In this document: positions 30,500-44,800 of the stretch, piece by piece | How the letters are laid out: every line of letters begins with the position of its first letter | How positions within the stretch are numbered: position 1 is the stretch's first letter | Assembly (NCBI GenBank): GCA_012295275.1 | Contig: CM022679.1 | Span: forward strand, 26,040,001-26,104,000 | Origin: Chrysomallon squamiferum | Taxonomy: Eukaryota > Animalia > Mollusca | DNA length: 64,000 nucleotides | Reading direction: 5' to 3' | Notes under the pieces: generated by a model | Told to the model about the DNA's origin: nothing | What the model saw: the letters and a program-made list of their open reading frames with translations, nothing else | Databases searched by the model: none | Position numbers and translations under genes: made by a program

Positions 30500-30852
30500 A
30501 TTTAGAATATTTCGCAGACACGTGACGCGGCTGGTTTTGAAATCGCTACGTTCAGACTTGATAATCATGCCCGCGTTCTTTTCTCCGTTTTTTTTTTTTA
30601 TTGCCGAAAGCCTGCGGCCAGAGTACAGAGTCCCAAGCCAGCCTTGATGCACGAGATAGCGTCTGTGATGAATAGGTCTGCCGTGCGATCGGAGAGGTCC
30701 GGACCTGCGATACGCCGATACGCCTCACTGACTCGCTGAATGACTGACTGACTGACTACCTGGGGTCTTGCGACACCTGACCGCTCGAAGCTTTGAAACA
30801 GACCAAGATATATTACCTGCGTGGAGGAGAATTATCGATTCCTATTCTACAG
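30500..30852 (+). promoter_or_regulatory. GC-rich island, candidate alternative promoter plus first exon ending at donor CAG|GTATTA
   Basis: CpG-dense unique sequence, CACGTGAC E-box at 30519, donor-like site at 30852/30853 followed shortly by return to AT-rich sequence. Confidence 0.4.
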
Positions 30853-31167
30853 GTATTAGGCAATAACCTTGGACCTTTCGGGTTGTCAGATGTTAAATTA
30901 TTAATGTTGTAGTAAAATTAAAAAAAAAAAAATAATAATTATATATATGTATATATATTTTTATGGAAATATTGAGAAGACGAGGAGATTGAAGATATAT
31001 CCCAGGCTCTAAATAAATGAATGAATATATGAATATAAAATAAGTAATATATAAATAAGAAACAAATAATTTAAAAAAAAATGATATGTAAAAATACATA
31101 TTCATATAATTTATCATTTAAATTCATGGATATAAATGCAAAAAAATCCACCACAACCATAAAAATA

Positions 31168-31217
<50 letters not shown>

Positions 31218-31669
31218 CAATAATAATAATAATAATAATATTTTATACTTCGGATCGGACTAATTTATTTGATCAGATTTTATTTTAAGGGGAAAGAGTC
31301 AGACTCTTTTGTTTTTTCTTTATTTTTTTTTTCTTGCGTCTTCAGCGGTTATTTACCTGACCGCAAAAACGGATACGCTACAGAAACGTTCACGTAAGAC
31401 ACCCACATGCGTATCTACGTATCGAATGACTCGACTCATCAAACAGTATCAGGCTGCCTGTCTAAATACATATTATTTACGAATGACTGATTTGGCACAC
31501 TCAAAGCACAGTCGTATTTATAAATGACGTTTTTGACACCGCAGGATTTGGCCACGGATTAAGAGAATTATCCCTGGTCTTTCCGGATTTACAATAAGCA
31601 TCGCATGTGATGTTTACAGAACAAACGAACTCCTTCGTCATTAAACTCGTTAATTGTTTAGGTTTTCTT

Positions 31670-31708
<39 letters not shown>

Positions 31709-33616
31709 CAATATTGAATCTTTTAGATTTAGGTTGTTTTAGCAAAAAATCTATTAAAAAAAAATTATTATTATTATTATTTTATTTTCTTATATAAAAC
31801 TTCAGAGTTAGTTCAAAGTATAAGTGAGTTTGTATAATAATAAAAAAATAATTTAATAAAAAAAACCCTGACATTTATGTTAATTACACATCGGTGGATA
31901 TTTGGTGCATATTTTATAGTTCAACGTCCATTAAATTAATGTCTATCGACCACGAAACTGCGTTCATAATTACATACTAGGGCAAAGATATTCGTCAAAC
32001 CAGCATCATACATATTCATCTTATAACCAAACGCACTTTTAAAAGGCGAATATTACAACAACAACAACAACAAGAACCAAAAAGAAAATGGCTACGGACG
32101 AAATAAACGAACTTGGGCTGATTAAAGCTGAGATATGCGTTTCGCCTTTGGCTATCCCACCTCGTAGAAAGCTTGTTTTCACAGATACCGGTGCGATATG
32201 AACATTAAAATAGTTCTGGCATAAATGGGCAATTCGCCACTAGTGTATGTAAAAATCCTTTCTTTAATGGCAGCCTTTGAAGCGCTTGCCACGAAAGAAC
32301 GACCATTACCCCAGTCTAAAGAGACTTAAATAACAGATCCGTGCTGAGATAGACTGCGACTCTCCCATTGTTCCGCTGACCTGCTGATAAAGAGAACTTC
32401 TCAACTGATGGTCACATTAGCATTTTTTTTCTCTCTCTCCCTTTTTTTTAAAATTTATTTTTATTTTTAAATTTTTTTTTTTTTTTTTTTTTCGGTTAAT
32501 ATATTAGTTTCGTACGATGATTCATCACTTTTTTCGAAACAGGATGAGATTTTTTTTTTTTCTCTACTTTATATTATAAAAGAATATATCTGTATATTCT
32601 TCTTAATAATAGATGCAACGAAGCCAGGGCTAACTCCCAGCATGGTTTTCAGCTATTACTAATAAAATCTCCGCATGAAATTTTCGGGATAGCAACTGCA
32701 GCAATTCTCGTGTCAAGCTTTCTGCGATGTCCCAGGCCTACACCAACGTCGCTGGCCTCAACTGAAAATCTGTGCATCGTCTGTAACTTAATAAACATGA
32801 AGATATATATATCAGATTCTTGCTGCATAGTTTGAATTGTTCTGGGCTTTTTCTTCTTTTTTTTCTTCTTTTTTTTCCGAAGCAACTAAACTTGTTTTGT
32901 GTACATAGACACACACATAATTAATGAATTATTTATGTTAACGTTATGATATAATTTATATAAAATTTTTTTTAATTTTTTGTTTAAAATTTTGCTTCAA
33001 TTATTCTAACTATAATGGCAAGATTCTTTAACAAAAGTCTAATAATAGTCGTGATATTCTAAAGCGATTCTTTTGTTCTTGTATAAATACCGGTATTGTT
33101 AGGTAGGTTTATTATGTTACCTGTGTTTGTTTTGTTTTTTTGTATAAGAAATTTAATAATATCATTAAAATCTGATTCCTTTATAGTGTCGTCTATGAAA
33201 CTTACCATTAAAATGTTATCTTGGATTAATCTTTTTAACATGATCCGCCAGGAGGGTGTAAAAGAAAAGAGGGGGGTGTCTAAATAAATCTGATAACATG
33301 CATGTTTGTATCTACTTACATATCAATGGCAGTCTATAAATAGTGACTGTTTTTGAAGTTTACTTTGTGAGAATTTAGCCATTAATAATTTACACGAAAT
33401 TCAGATTCTTATACACACATTCATACATACACAGATACACAGACACAGATACATACACATACACACACACACACACATACATACACGCATTCATAAATAA
33501 ATATATATATATATACACACATATATTATTATTATTATTATTATTATTTTATTTTCAAAATACAATTATCTACTTTAATGACGAAGTAGTTCATTTGTTA
33601 TGTAAACATCACAAGC

Positions 33617-33652
<36 letters not shown>

Positions 33653-33769
33653 TCCACACCCAAAGATCCACAGACACATATACATTTATACAAACATACC
33701 TATACAGATATATAAATCCAGAAGTAAATGTATCAGTCTTAACAGGCACCAACTTCATCACGTACGTAC

Positions 33770-34440
33770 TATCACTCACAGACACAAGCAGACCTGTGTG
33801 TAGACGTAACATGCGCCGGCTCCTAATTTAATTAATTTTCTAACACACCGTGTATCACTCTCACACATCAGCCGTTGTCATCCGTCATCCCGTCCTCCTG
33901 TTTTAAACAAAACAAAAACACGACAACGTGAGCGCTGACGTATCGCCTGTCTCGGGAGTCGTAATCGGGGACATGGCGTGACGTTCTGACATTGCGACGA
34001 ACATCTAGGATGACGACACAAAGGACTCGCACAAGGGTTTCAAGGGAAAAACAACAGCTCCTCTTGTCCGCAGGTTCTGAAAATGCAGAAATAAATTTAA
34101 AAAAAAAAAAACAGGGCAGCACGTTAAGCCGTGGCGGTTCATGTCCCCGTGTTAATTATGAACATTGTCCTTTTTTTAAAACAGGGTTGCATCTGTCATT
34201 GTCGTGAACCGTGGTTCGGCGTTGTAGTCATCAACGTCGCCACGGCGAAGCCCTTTTTGCAGAAAATGATACCTGTAGCGTTGTAATTAAGTCCATTGAA
34301 GAAGGGCAAGCCGGTGTCATGTGTTGCCGCTGTTGTTCAGACTGGGAGGGTTGACGTATCTCGCTATCGTGATGGGAAAGTTGAGAAAAAATGTTTAGAC
34401 TCGGAGGACTGGTGATGAACTGGGTCAGAAGAACGAGCTG
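33770..34440. promoter_or_regulatory. CpG-rich non-coding island, candidate enhancer/CNE
   Basis: High CpG density, TGACG half-CRE motifs, flanked by (CT)n at about 34462-34562; no credible ORF. Confidence 0.4.
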
Positions 34441-34459
34441 AGGTTGTTTTCTTTCTTTA

Positions 34460-34565
<106 letters not shown>

Positions 34566-35407
34566 TGTGTGGATACAGATTTGTTAAATACTGCCATCAC
34601 CATCTCATAACGACTACCACCGCCACCATTATCATCATATTGACCACCAGTTACTACAGCTGCTTTTCTACCAATACATCTTTGCTGTGAACATTGTTAA
34701 CGTCAACATCGTTACGGCTATCTATACCATCAAATACGTTAGCAATTTTTTTCAAAACTGACTAGACTGAGGAGTATAAATTTTGATAAGAGCTATGGCA
34801 TTTTAGATTCTTTGACTAATGCTACACACTGTTATAATTTCACATGTAATTGTGTTTGATGCCAATAACTTAAAACGTCCCGAAATTTCAATGGAAGTAG
34901 ATTTATAGACGAGACACCAGGTTATTAAAAACTGTAACTTACATTTATATTTTTCTGTTTTTTTCAATGGAAACAGAATTAAAATATAAACCACAGACCA
35001 ATTAATGAAATGAAAATGACTGTTATCTATCTCACACCAATAATTACAAAGTGGGAACGAAAGATTATATCTATCTCAGTTTCGCTGGAAATACAATTAA
35101 AACAGAAGTTTTATACAGAAAAATGTGCATTGGGATGTGTTTCATACGTTTTTCAAAGGAAACAGAATTTCAAATAAACTCAACACATGCTGCAATAATA
35201 ACGTACCTGAAATTGTAACTGTAACAAATATCCGGCCATCACTCATTAACATTTAATTATAATACAAAATAAGTAATCCCGGCGGCTTGTAAATTGAGCA
35301 TTGCTATCAATCATCCATGTTGACATGGATGGGCTCTCACATCCAGTTGGAGGGTCGTGTACGTGTGTCCTGGGCCAGTTTTCGAACGGTGATTCATCGG
35401 ATACGGT

Positions 35408-35484
35408 CAAACGTAAACCTCAAAAACAAACGTAAGTCTCAAAAACAAACGTAAGTCTCAAAAACAAACGTAAGCCTCAAAAAC
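35408..35484. repeat. 19-bp minisatellite x4 (CAAACGTAAGTCTCAAAAA)
   Basis: Four head-to-tail copies at 35408, 35427, 35446 and 35465 with 0-2 differences. Confidence 0.95.
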
Positions 35485-36502
35485 GAATTCAGAACGTTTA
35501 AATTTTCATTACGTCTCATAAAGTGTTTGCAAAAATGTGTTATAAGAATCAAGGTCTGTGGCTTGTTGTATGCGGAAATCACGAGTTATGCACCGAATTA
35601 TTTTAGTTATTGGGTCAGTGATTAAGGCGAATGTAATGCCATTAAAATTCAACTCATTAAGTTAATATGATAAATAGACCAGGAATGGATTTATATATAA
35701 GTAAGAGGCACCCATTTTGTGAATTTTCAAAATATTAATAATAATAATAATAATAATGATGATGATGATGATGATGATGATGATAATTATTATTATTATT
35801 ATTACAACCACTACTACAGCTACTAATAACAACAAAAATAAATAAATAAGCAAATGAATAAATAAATAAATAAATAAATAAGCAAATGAATAAATAAATA
35901 AATAAATAAATAAATAAATACATAAATAAATAAATAAAATGCCATATTTTCTTTTCAATTTCTGTCTCAGCTGAACTGCCAAACATTCCCCATTTAAAAA
36001 CTCACACTGAAGGTCGACATGTGGTTATTATTGTTTCTTCTTATACTTAGCTAAAACACATTACATAAGGTTGTAACTTACAAGAATTTACATTCAAGGG
36101 GAATTACGCCATTGTGGACCAGGTAACGTTTGTTATGTAGCAAAGAAACGAGATTTGAACGCACAATGAGTGACATAACAACATTTTCACGACTGGGCTG
36201 GCTCTTTCTTGGATTTCTCAATAAATCAGCTCAGGTATAATAATAATTTTTTTGCACTCGTTATTTTCCCTCTTGGTCAGCTGTTGATTTTGTAAAGACG
36301 TATGTTACGCGACTGTACAATGGTTTCATTGAATTTATGTTAATTTAGTTGTCACCTTGTGTTTTTTTTTCTTTTTTATATTCTCTAAAAAAAAAAAAAA
36401 AAAAAAAATAAAAAAAAAAAAGATTCGATTTGTTGTTATTCAGATCGAATCGTACGGTTACAGGGTTTGAAAAGAAGTGATTGGAGTATGTGAATTTATT
36501 TC

Positions 36503-36598
<96 letters not shown>

Positions 36599-37666
36599 CT
36601 CTGTCTTATTAATAAAGATTTCTAATCCTAGGTCCGAACCTTGTTGTTGATGTATCAACTCTTAACTTTCGATCTTCTTTTTCTAATTCATTAACATTCT
36701 AAACCTCCGTAATCTGAGTAGAAGAATACACACATTTTATTAAATTCGGTTGTTCATGTAGACGAGTTACTGAAACCAACGCACTGTAAATTATCACAGT
36801 TCATATAATAATTCGAAATTTATGCTACATTCTAGTTTGGCTGTACTTCACACAGGCACACAACAAGTGCATTATGACTAATACAGAACAATCTACAATT
36901 CAATATGATTACATCAGTTCAGCAAACAACTGAAAGCTAAAGCCTCATTCTGACACTCGACAAGCTGTTTCCATTTCTTTCCTCTGTTTATTGTTGTCCC
37001 ATTTCTTTGGGGCTTTTTTTTTTTTTTTTTTTTTTTTTACAGTAAAGAAATAATAAAATACAAAAATCGTAAGGAATTTTCATTGTCAAGGCTAAAAAGA
37101 TATTTACGCTCCTTGGGATATTTCGTTAAAAAAAGGGATGGGCCGGTTGCGTAAAGAGTATTGCACCTAAACGCATGTAACCAGTAAAAGCCTGTTAAAC
37201 AAAAGCGAATCAGTCGTCAAGAGAATATCATTTATGGAGGAATAATAAAATATGGCCGACTGTTTGAAAACTAGCAACATCAAATGTTGGTTTAAACGTT
37301 ACTGTATATGAATGAAATCTCAGTATTTTGTTTTTGAAATCTTTATTTAAAACAGTTTAATATAAAGAGAATAATTATTATATTTGTAGATGTGGGTATT
37401 AGAATATCTGCTTTAAAAAGCCAGTATTTAAACTATCAGTCGTACCTGACTTGGACACGTTAATGATACTACTACTACTACTACTACTACTACTATTACT
37501 ACTGCTACCATCACCACCACCACCATGACCATTACTGTTATTAAAAAAAAATTGTTATTCTTCATCGGTCATCGTCTTCATTTACTTATTCTTCTTTTTC
37601 GTCTTCTGCAATATTTGTTATGTATATATAAATTAATAAATAAATAAATAAATTACACAGAAAACG

Positions 37667-37697
<31 letters not shown>

Positions 37698-38046
37698 TAA
37701 TAAAAAAAATTACAGATCAGAAAGCTATTTGCATTATTCGATCCAAATATCATCCAGTTCAGAAAACAAAATCTTAACCAACAAGTGTTTTCCCCTCCAG
37801 TTCACGGTGACTAATTATAGATTTCACTACGATTGGCTGGCTTTTGTTTTTTCTCGAACTCCCACGCAATAAATGAGTTCATTGCGCGTTTATATTTACA
37901 AAACCCTTCCGTTCTGCTTCTGTGACTACAAATACAAACATGTAGTAAATCGTAACAGTCTCACCGTGACGGCGTTCCGTTAGTCCGGACAATTAAAATA
38001 CCTGTATGTGGTGCAAAGGGAAACGCGTTTGAATTTCATTATGTTC

Positions 38047-38092
<46 letters not shown>

Positions 38093-38693
38093 CTCTCGCG
38101 AATGCACTTCCGTCACAATGGTAAAAATTTTATAGGTGAATTAAATATCTGATAGTTATTATGGAAAGGGCTGGGTCAGGTTTGGAGCCGTGTCAAAAGT
38201 CATGAGTGTAAATGCATGCAGTTTAAGAAATAAACTAGGAAAGGAAATCATGAATATTAATTATATTAATTCATTTGAAATATTAAAGCAAAAATGATAT
38301 TCAGTGGTGGTATACAGTGGAATGAATGAATGAATGAATGAATAAATAAAATAAGAATAAATAATGGAAAATAAAGAGGAAGAAAGAAAGAAATCTAACA
38401 GCTGTATTCTGGTTCAGTATTTAAATTATGAAACACAAATCAACACTCTAACTTACTATTAAAACCTTGTTAATGTATTAAATTTTCTATATCACTGAAT
38501 AACAGTTATGTAGAAAATTTATTTCTGTCAAGGATCCAAAAACATATATATATATATATTTTTTTAATTTGTTAATAGTTGTTGCAATTTATGACTGGGT
38601 TGTCCTAAATATTCATTCATTCATTCATTCTTCTTCTTCATATTATTATTATTGTTATTGTTGTTGTTGTTGTTACTGTTGTTACTGTTGTTA

Positions 38694-38731
<38 letters not shown>

Positions 38732-38735
38732 GTTG

Positions 38736-38778
<43 letters not shown>

Positions 38779-38973
38779 TACTGTTATTATTATGTAGACA
38801 GAAGAGCCCGTGTTAAGAGATTGACATTTTTGGGGGCATACATTTTACTTTTGTATTCCATCTTAAAATATATAATTATTTTTGAAAAGTGGAGTCTATT
38901 GAATCTTTACAATTTCTGTACCAATATATTTTTTTTCTATACACAATCACGAGGGTTTTGAGTTAAAGAATTG

Positions 38974-39010
<37 letters not shown>

Positions 39011-39407
39011 CGGGTAGCTTTATAGAAATATGAAATAGTTTTCTTTACAACACCCATGCGAATTTCTTTTTAAACCACACCCTGACAAAATCAACCCTTT
39101 TGTTGCGACAAGCAATTTGTTACAAGCGGAATTGTGGCCTTAAATTAGAGGCATAGAAACTTTTCGCGTGTTTTTGCAAAGAGCGAAGCGCGCATCGTAA
39201 TTTGCGATAATTTTCGTAAAAATGAAAACTCTATTATGCTCGAGAGAAATGTACATAGTAGGAAATACCTCACTGTCATGGCAGATAATAGATGTTTATT
39301 TCGTTTTTTGGCCCGTGCTTTGCCTTTCAAATGATAAAAATGTATGATAATGTCTGAGATTAGTGTTTTTTCTGTTGCAAGATGACACGGCGAAATATTA
39401 ACAAAAA

Positions 39408-39439
<32 letters not shown>

Positions 39440-39460
39440 AAAAAAAGAGAAGAGGAAGAA

Positions 39461-39522
<62 letters not shown>

Positions 39523-39601
39523 TAATAAGAATAAGAATAAGAATAAGAATGAAATAAGAATAGTAGTGATCATGGTGAACTAGAATTTATAAATTGAACA
39601 T

Positions 39602-39672
<71 letters not shown>

Positions 39673-40078
39673 GTTCAATTTATATATATAAATATATATA
39701 AGAAACACACACACTCGTGTATGCATACACATCACACACACAAACACACACACACACACACACAATCACATCATGTTACTATTTACTATTTACTTGTCTA
39801 TCTCTCTGACTTCACCGAAGTTGACCCTGTTGCGGTCAACGACGTCAGGTCGTATTTTGATGCAGAAAAAAAATAAAAATAATAAAACGTGCACGTTATA
39901 TTTTTATCTGTCCGCTTTACCAGCCAACCATTGCACGGACTCGCGACCGTAAGCTATGCGGAAATGAAGACTTCAGTTCGTCTATCCATGCCATTTAGTT
40001 CTTCATGAGTAATTGTATTTGTAAACAAGCGTAGAGAGAGAGAGAGAGAGCGATGGTTGAGTAGATAGAGATGAGAGA

Positions 40079-40201
<123 letters not shown>

Positions 40202-40454
40202 TAAAAATGATTTATGGCTCGGGATTCTTCAGCTGAAATCCTCGAGCATACTTCAGAAACAAGAGTGGTGGAGGTTGATATAATTAAACACGATTTAAAA
40301 AAAAGAAAAAGAAATCGCTGAATTTTATTTTTTTCAAAGAAAGATGAATGGACGGGCGGATGGATAATAAACGTAAGAAAGTTGTGTGTATTAGTGATGT
40401 AGTAAGTTGGAGTGTTTGATTTTGCGGTTTCCGTTTTTGGAATTTGATAATATT

Positions 40455-40520
40455 ACGTGTGGGGAAACGATCCCCGTATCTGTTAGTTTTTAGTTTAATT
40501 CTTAACCACTGCGTCACTGA
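40455..40520 (-). mobile_element. Degenerate tRNA-derived SINE head or tRNA pseudogene fragment
   Basis: Minus strand: A-box TGACGCAGTGG (40516-40506), then 32 nt, then B-box-like GGATCGTTTCC (40473-40463) in a T-arm-like GGGG-7nt-CCCC stem; anticodon arm decayed. Confidence 0.5.
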
Positions 40521-40558
40521 GAATATCAGATGACGGGTATTTATGCTAGTTTGAAAAA

Positions 40559-40605
<47 letters not shown>

Positions 40606-42476
40606 AAATAAAAATAAAAATAAAAAAATTAATGTTTTAGTGGCCTGTCAGAAAAAGGGAGTTAATTCTTACGTCCCTTTAAAGTAATGAAGAAGGGAGA
40701 TAAATCTATAATTAGGACTGAGTGAGCTAATTAATTAAAGGGAAAAATTCATATATATACGTTTGTTTGTGTGTGTGTGCATGTGTGTGTGCGTGTCTGT
40801 GCATTTTCTTATCTTTTTTTTTAATGATATTTAACTTTATCATTGTATATATATATTTTTTATTATACTGATCTTCTTCTATTTAAAAAGTACACACTTG
40901 TAACAGTTTAATTTGTTTGGTTTTCGAGTTTCTCTTTTCTTTCTTTCTTTCTTTCTTTCTTTCTTACTTTTTTCTGTCTAACCATAAAATTACTTTATTT
41001 CTTTTCACTCTTCTTTTTAATAGTTCACTCTTTTAAAATTTACATCATATTTTGACCACCAAGAACCAGTACGCAAACAGGACACCATTAGGAACTTTTA
41101 AAATATTTTCTGAATCTTTCCTCAGATCAGAATAACAAAGTAGAGTAATAACTTTCCTGCAAACACTCCCTAATAAAAAAATCATGTTGTTGTTATTTCT
41201 TCAGTAATATTCATGAGAAATTGTTGCCGTCTTAGCTCTTGCGTTATCTGATGATATGATCGTATCATAAAAACATTTTTTTTTTTTTAAACAACAAACC
41301 CAGTTTCATTTTATCTACGAAGTCAAAAATGTATGTTTTATGTTGCTGACGTCAAACAAAGATCTATTTCTTTTTAGTTGATGGGGGAAGAAATGAGGGG
41401 TGGATGTTTACTCGCAAATATCATAAAAATGCTCTTTAAACATTTTTTGGGGGTAGAGGTGTTTTCATCTGTTAAACCATACCTTGTGGTTACGTGAAAA
41501 TTATAAGAAGAATGAAGACATAATTTAACTTTGTGTGTGAAGAATATTTTCCCACGCACCAATCATCTGCTATTAAATTATTATTTTTGTTCCCCTCTCT
41601 CTTTGATCTACCCCTAACATCTATTACGAAAATTACTACATTACAGCAATTATAAAACTCTACACATTTTTAAATATAAAAAAAAATAAAAAAATATATA
41701 ACCAAACAACTACGTGTATTACCAACCTTTCGTATTATTTTCCTTATCAACTTGTAATCTTTACCACTCTATTTTAGTATTATTTTATCTCCATTTTTTT
41801 TTTTTAAAAAAGGAAAAAAAAAAAAATCCCCACAATGACTCTACAACTTTTAAAGGTTGTTTTAAATGCTTATAAAAATTCCTTTTGTAAGAAAAAAAAA
41901 AAAAAAAAAAGAAAGAAAGAACAATAAACGCTGGAGATGACTCCGCAATGACACTGAGAACTCGCGGGTAAGATAACCGAAGCGTTTGTTCACGTTTTGT
42001 CGACGTGAAACAGACACTTAAAATGTATGTTAATTCCTCCATTCCACATGCGTGAACCCGCCTACGTACGTCTGCGTTGTAAACAAGTGCAGAGAGCCCA
42101 CCCACTGCTTGTCATTTGCATACTTCGTCTTCTTCGTTATCTAACAAACTTTGTCAGTCGGACTCCTCCAGAACGTCTTCACGTTATAGAGTTGGATTAA
42201 GTTTGTTTTTGGTTATTTATTTATTTATTTATTTATTTTTTATTTATTTATTTATTTATTTTTTATTTATTTATTTATTTTCTGTTTATTTATTTATTTT
42301 CTGCTTATTTATATTTATTTATTTATTTATTTATTTATGTTATTACATTCATTATTACTACTATTATTATCAACATATAAAAGTTAAAATAAAACATTTT
42401 CTTTCTTCACTGTTACCATGAATATTACTATAATATAAATTATTATAGTTGCTGCAAAAGTTATTATTATTATTAA

Positions 42477-42587
<111 letters not shown>

Positions 42588-42899
42588 CATTATTATTATT
42601 GTTCGTGTTGTTGGTTTTCTTGTTGTTGTTGTTATTGTTGTTAGTATTTACTATAAATATCGAAAATTTCTAAATTATGTACTGTATTTTAAAAAGAAAA
42701 AAATTAAAATAATAAAAAAATTAAATTAATATAATTAACGAACTAAAAATACAATATTTAAATTATATTAATTTTTAGTTTGCTTTATTTTAATTTTATT
42801 TTCTGGTATTTTATTCTTTTCTACTATTTTGTTTTATTTATTTATTTGCTTGATAAATTCTAATTATTAATTTATTTATTTATTTATTTTATTTTATTA

Positions 42900-42987
<88 letters not shown>

Positions 42988-43397
42988 TTTATTTTACTAT
43001 AGCTTTATTTAAACGTTCGAAAATAGGCCAGTGTTGTGTATATATATTTTTTTACTTCTTCTTTTCTTCTGTTTCCTCTTTACCTACAATTTACTTATTT
43101 CAAAATATCTGGGGCGTAACAAAACTATAAATATTTGGTTACAGCTCTGTTTCCACTTGACCACTTGTCACGTGAATTTCAACCATGCGTGATTTTGGCT
43201 CTCTATTTTCTAGAACGTAGTATTTTGCGGTTACGTCTTTGTGGTCAAGCTCGGTGTATCACGGTTTCGGTTAAGCGGTCAGTACTTTCATTATCAAGAT
43301 CACGCCCACAAGTTATAAATTTACCATTATGATAAATAAAAAAATAAAAAATACAAAAAATGAAATAATAATAATGATAATGATAATGATAATAATG

Positions 43398-43451
<54 letters not shown>

Positions 43452-43600
43452 TTAATAAATTAACCAAATAAAATAAAATAAATTAAAATTTAAATGGTAT
43501 AATAATAGTAAGAAGAATAAGAAAAAAACGTTTTAAGATATAGTAATTATTGCTGTAAGTACTAATAATAGTAAATTAAAAGATGTTAAAAATACTATAA

Positions 43601-43701
<101 letters not shown>

Positions 43702-44219
43702 ATAATTCTTAAATTATAAATATAATTTTATCTCTCTAAATATCTCTCTGCCTGCATAAACCCGTCTGTAGTATATAAAAAATAAAAAAATAAATAAAAA
43801 AATAAAATAAAAAAAAAAAAAAAATAAAATAAAATAAAATCCTTACCCTATCATTTAGCAGATATTTGCTCTTTTACAATTTTTTTTTTCTCTCAAGAAC
43901 AAGATATTCTGCACGACAATGACACTTTATTCCCAGAGAAAATTGTTTTTTCTTTTTTTTTCAATCTTCTTCTTTTCTTTTCCTTTTTTCTTCCCCCATC
44001 ATACCTTGCTCTTTTCAATCATAATTATACATTCTACCCGAAATGTCAATTTTCTTTACATATGGGGGAAAAAAAAAAAAAATTTAAAAAAAAAAAAAAA
44101 TAATAATAATAAAGACGTAGTCATTTTCTAAAGTCCTCTGTCTATTTTCTCTAAAAAGTAGGATGGTGGAAGGTAAGCACAGAAAAAAAAAAAAAAATCT
44201 AGGTTATAACAATAGCGCT

Positions 44220-44800
44220 CTGTATTGACTCGTAATGCCATTTAACTGTTGCTCAGATGGAAACCCCGAACTCCTTAATTGATATAATTAATTTTAAAAA
44301 TGTCCCATTCATGCACCCGCCATCGCCGTCATATGTCACATTGTCAACGTCGGCTTGCACGACGCACGTGCAGCATTTAACAACTCCCGCCATTTGCCGA
44401 TTATCTTCCGTTCTTGCTCTCCGAGACAAAAAAAAAAAAAAAAAAAAAAAATCCCGATCACGTGACGCACAATGGATGCGGTCACGTGGTCTGCGGGATA
44501 GAGATCTCGAGTCGAGATAAGCCGGCATCGACAAAACAGTTGCCAGTGTCAGAGACTGTCATCTAATTACACCTGATAGATTCGGTTTGAATAATAACTG
44601 GTCCCCCGGAGCGGCCCTGCCCTCCCGCGGCGAAAAAAAGACGCCATTTGAAACGCGGAATAATAAGACAACATTAAATGTTTACAAGCGCGCGCTCGAT
44701 CACATGGTGAGTGCCATCAAGTTTTTATTTCATTCCCATGGGAAGCGCTTCAAACGATGAAAAAAAAAAAGAAGCTTTTTAATAATAAAAAGGAATGGGG

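Noticed and set aside
30812-30857. TACCTG...CTACAGGTA foldback reminiscent of miR-993/miR-10 family ends
   Set aside because: The stem is short and irregular and neither mature sequence matches; better explained as a splice donor region
33059-33241. Minus-strand 60-aa non-repetitive ORF with an internal ATG|GTAAGT donor-like site
   Set aside because: AT-rich, no recognisable domain, and no supporting acceptor or partner exon; chance ORF or at most an unverified antisense exon
34058-34100. Strong acceptor-like ctcctcttgtccgcAG|G followed by ATG CAG AAA
   Set aside because: The ATG is closed at once by TAA and no convincing downstream donor defines an exon
35408-35484. Regular short repeats resembling a CRISPR array
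   Set aside because: Head-to-tail units with no unique spacers, no cas genes, eukaryotic context
36422-36451. GATTCGATTT...AGATCGAATC hairpin
   Set aside because: About a 10-bp stem only; within chance expectation and no other support
44253-44534. Overlapping 87-aa and 93-aa ORFs in a GC-rich island
   Set aside because: Interrupted by an A24 tract and lacking splice signals; open frames are expected from the local GC content
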